A stretch of 32,000 nucleotides of DNA from positions 1 to 32,000 of the forward strand of contig NC_017180.1 of assembly GCF_000175255.2 (NCBI RefSeq), read 5' to 3'. This DNA comes from Zymomonas mobilis subsp. mobilis ATCC 10988 (GTDB taxonomy: Bacteria > Pseudomonadota > Alphaproteobacteria > Sphingomonadales > Sphingomonadaceae). Positions 29,104-32,000 of the stretch are shown in pieces (position 1 is the first letter of the stretch; every line of letters begins with the position of its first letter). The translations under genes and the position numbers were made by a program. Below the pieces are notes generated by a model. It was given only the letters and a program-made list of their open reading frames with translations, made no database searches and was not told the DNA's origin.

Positions 29104-29484
29104 TTGGATCTTCACCTGTTTAGTAAATCAGCCCTTCATTACAGAAGAAGATCGAGGGATAGAGGTTATATTCTGCATCATCCATTTTTAGTCAAGATTT
29201 ATGGACAGAAGATTGTAAGCCCAAAAAGCATTAGGATGTCTTCTCAGAGTAAAATTAAAATACTTCCTCTTCTTGGTCCACTGGTCACATACCTTCTTTC
29301 TTGCTGTAGAGGTCTCTCTGGGCTGATGATGTATAGACAGCTTTTGGCTTTCGGAAAGGTATATCTCTTAGCTATAGCCGATGAAGTGGATCAATTCTTT
29401 TTAAAGAAGCAGTATCAAAACCCATTGGTTGATATAAAAATATCAAGAGAGGTATTTTTTTATTATACCCTTAGCGTTCGGTAG
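29104..29484 (+). CDS. Hypothetical ORF
   Basis: 126 aa open frame with no recognised motif. It may be spurious. Confidence 0.2.
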   Translation: MDLHLFSKSALHYRRRSRDRGYILHHPFLVKIYGQKIVSPKSIRMSSQSKIKILPLLGPLVTYLLSCCRGLSGLMMYRQLLAFGKVYLLAIADEVDQFFLKKQYQNPLVDIKISREVFFYYTLSVR

Positions 29485-29677
29485 ACCAACCCTAGCCCCC
29501 GCGCCATAGATATCGCTTTTCTACGCATTTTTTAGTTCGACGCAAGTAACAAAATATCGCATTAAATAGCCCTTAAAACGCAAAGTTTTTTAGAAAAATA
29601 CCCATTTTTGCTGTTCGCAAAATTACGCATGCTCAACGCATTTTGTAAATAGTAAAAAACGGGCAAAAAAATGCTTA

Positions 29678-29703
29678 TTTTCTCAAAACCGCTCTTGAGA
29701 AAA
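29678..29703. repeat. Hairpin: TTTTCTCAA / TTGAGAAAA
   Basis: Perfect 9-bp arms with an 8-bp loop in a non-coding, AT-rich region. Confidence 0.6.
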
Positions 29704-30308
29704 AGCTGATAAGAGGGCTACTTGGTTAGCCCTGCCATAGCTAACAGTCTGTTCGGATAGGAAAACGATGTTGAGTAGAGTTCTTCCTGAATTGATCTGT
29801 TTAAGCCATTGATAGGCATGTTAAATTTTGCTTGTCGCTATCTTTTGTCAGAATTTACCCAAATCTCTTTAAGATTATCCTGATACTGGAGTTCGTCTGG
29901 GATCTTTGGGAAAAATAGAAAGATCTGCTATGTTATTATGAGGATAATGCTTTCATTAGATCAGCTAATCGATATCGGGTATGGAATTATAGTGAAAGCC
30001 CCTCCGTTTCATCTCAACCTTCACAGGTTGTTTTTTGCTTGTCTGTGTAGCTTTTAGCTATTTTTATTAAACTAAGACCTCTCAAATATATTATACAATG
30101 ACCGAACCTAGAGCTGCATATCGGCATATTCTAAAAATAACCCCGATATTTTTTTCTCATTTTTCAGTGAGCTCTGATATTGTTGTTCAAGTGAATTTTG
30201 CTATTCATAGTATATCTTTCGTCTACTCTATTAATCATCTTAAGAAAAATGACACGCTACAGTGTCACGTAAATTTATGATTACTTTTGGCTTTGGGTAC
30301 AGCCTATT

Positions 30309-30614
30309 TTGGCAGCTATTGCTACAGGATACGTTATGCACGTCGATAGCTATAACAAACTATATGCTGCTGTTAGTAACAAAAATAATACCCGCGATAA
30401 TGCGATGCTATTGCCTTCCATGGCAAGGTCAAACAATAGAAGTTATTCCGAAGATGAGGTTGATTTGGCCATCAATTACCTTTCAAATTATTCATTACCG
30501 TCATCAGGATTCTATAACCTTATAGAGATGATCAATGACTCAAAAGACGAAGCATTTGGAGCTACGGCCATTCGTAAACCATCTGACCAGCTCACTGAGG
30601 TTGAAAAGATCTAA
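30309..30614 (+). CDS. Hypothetical ORF
   Basis: 101 aa, no recognised family, overlapping shorter ORFs in other frames. Confidence 0.25.
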   Translation: MAAIATGYVMHVDSYNKLYAAVSNKNNTRDNAMLLPSMARSNNRSYSEDEVDLAINYLSNYSLPSSGFYNLIEMINDSKDEAFGATAIRKPSDQLTEVEKI

Positions 30615-30877
30615 GTTTTATCAATTATATACCCTCAGGTGGCTAAAAAAGTTCGTTAAGTTTAAAGCTGCAGGTAGCGTTGACGAGCTAGCTGCAATGA
30701 TATCAACGAAACTGTAGGCTGCTACGAATAGGCTAAAAAAACCGAGGACATTAACCTTCAGAAAGAGGGGCTATAACCATCTGATAATATATTCATATTT
30801 CTTGAAAAGAAGGCCAATCTTGATAAGACTGTAAACACTTAATTTACTGAATAAGATACAGATAAGGATTCTTTGGC

Positions 30878-32000
30878 ATGGCTCGCAGTCGTCTATCTAA
30901 AAATTCGGATGTAGCTCCAGCTTCCAAGCAAGCAAGCAAGGCCAAGACAGCGACTGCGACATTAGGATTTGAACAGCAGATGTTTCTTGCTGCTGACAAG
31001 CTGCGCAAGAACCTTGAACCCTCAGATTACAAGCATGTTGCTCTTGGCCTAATCTTTCTGCGCTATATCTCCACTGCCTTTGAAGCCCGCCATGTTGCCT
31101 TGATGCTAGACGATCCCGCAGCAGCGGAAGACCCAGACGAATATCTAGCTGAAAATATCTTCTGGGTGCCGGAGACTGCTCGTTGGTCTCATCTTAGGGA
31201 TAATGCCCGCTCCCCTAGCATCGGTAAGATAATTGATGAAGCCATGCTGGCCATTGAAAAAGCCAATCCGGAACAGCTCAAGGGTGTTCTCCCCAAGGAT
31301 TACGGGCGGCCTGCCCTTGATAGCGTGATGCTGGGTGAGTTGATAGACCTGATCTCCGACATAGGCATGGGCGATACGGACGACAAGGCGCGGGACGTGT
31401 TGGGTCGGGTCTATGAATACTTCCTTGGCGGGTTTGCTGGAGCTGAAGGCAAGCGCGGGGGCGAGTTTTACACGCCGTCCAGCGTGGTACGCACGCTAGT
31501 TTCCATGCTCGAACCCTACAAGGGCCGGGTGTATGACCCATGCTGTGGCTCTGGTGGTATGTTCGTGCAGTCTGAACGCTTTGTGGAAACCCATGGTGGC
31601 AAGCTGGGTGACATTGCCATTTACGGGCAGGAAAGCAACCACACTACGTGGCGTCTGGCTCGCATGAACCTTGCTGTGCGGGGTATTGGCGCGGATATCC
31701 GCTGGAACAATGAAGGCAGCTTTCTGCGCGATGAACTAAAAGACCTGCGCTTTGACTATATTCTGGCCAACCCGCCCTTTAACGTGTCGGACTGGTGGAA
31801 TGCGTCACTAGAGGAAGACCCGCGCTGGCAGTATGGCAAACCGCCAGCAGGCAATGCCAACTATGCGTGGCTCCAACATATCCTGTGGCATCTGGCCCCC
31901 GACGGTACCGCTGGCGTGGTGCTGGCCAATGGTTCCATGTCCTCAAACCAGAACAGCGAAGGGGAAATTCGCCGCCGGATGGTGGAAGCAGATGTTGTGG
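30878..32000 (+). CDS. hsdM: Type I restriction-modification methyltransferase subunit M (partial, runs off the window edge)
   Basis: Translation from ATG 30878: '[39 protein letters not shown]', '[39 protein letters not shown]', '[11 protein letters not shown]' (N6-adenine MTase motif NPPF). Confidence 0.95.
   Translation, partial: MARSRLSKNSDVAPASKQASKAKTATATLGFEQQMFLAADKLRKNLEPSDYKHVALGLIFLRYISTAFEARHVALMLDDPAAAEDPDEYLAENIFWVPETARWSHLRDNARSPSIGKIIDEAMLAIEKANPEQLKGVLPKDYGRPALDSVMLGELIDLISDIGMGDTDDKARDVLGRVYEYFLGGFAGAEGKRGGEFYTPSSVVRTLVSMLEPYKGRVYDPCCGSGGMFVQSERFVETHGGKLGDIAIYGQESNHTTWRLARMNLAVRGIGADIRWNNEGSFLRDELKDLRFDYILANPPFNVSDWWNASLEEDPRWQYGKPPAGNANYAWLQHILWHLAPDGTAGVVLANGSMSSNQNSEGEIRRRMVEADVV

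Overview
This 32 kb window looks like most of an alphaproteobacterial plasmid, possibly from Zymomonas (host is an inference). It has a ParA/RHH partition locus, a probable replication initiator, and a dense set of defence and toxin-antitoxin genes. Main content: (1) A type I restriction-modification locus. hsdM runs off the right edge; hsdS and hsdR sit at the left edge, so the locus would be continuous if the replicon is a circle slightly longer than 32 kb. A HEPN toxin-like gene (RX4HXY motif) precedes hsdS, and its usual MNT nucleotidyltransferase partner (GSX10DXD motif) is fused to the N-terminus of HsdS. (2) A three-gene nucleotide-signalling defence cassette at 22018-24374: an adenosine deaminase (divergent), a HAM1/ITPase-like protein whose catalytic Asp position reads Gln, and a SIR2-like protein. 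This composition matches the Kongming system (KomA/KomB/KomC). A convergent 5'-nucleotidase gene next to it is interrupted by one in-frame TAA. (3) An AAA ATPase with a TOPRIM-like C-terminus, an Abi-like HEPN protein, RelBE, DinJ/YafQ, and a decayed BrnT next to an intact HTH antitoxin. (4) A divergent pair of a Tat-like aminotransferase and a TonB-dependent receptor, an exported alpha/beta hydrolase, a P-loop kinase and a decayed IS5-family element. No tRNA, rRNA or CRISPR array was recognised.
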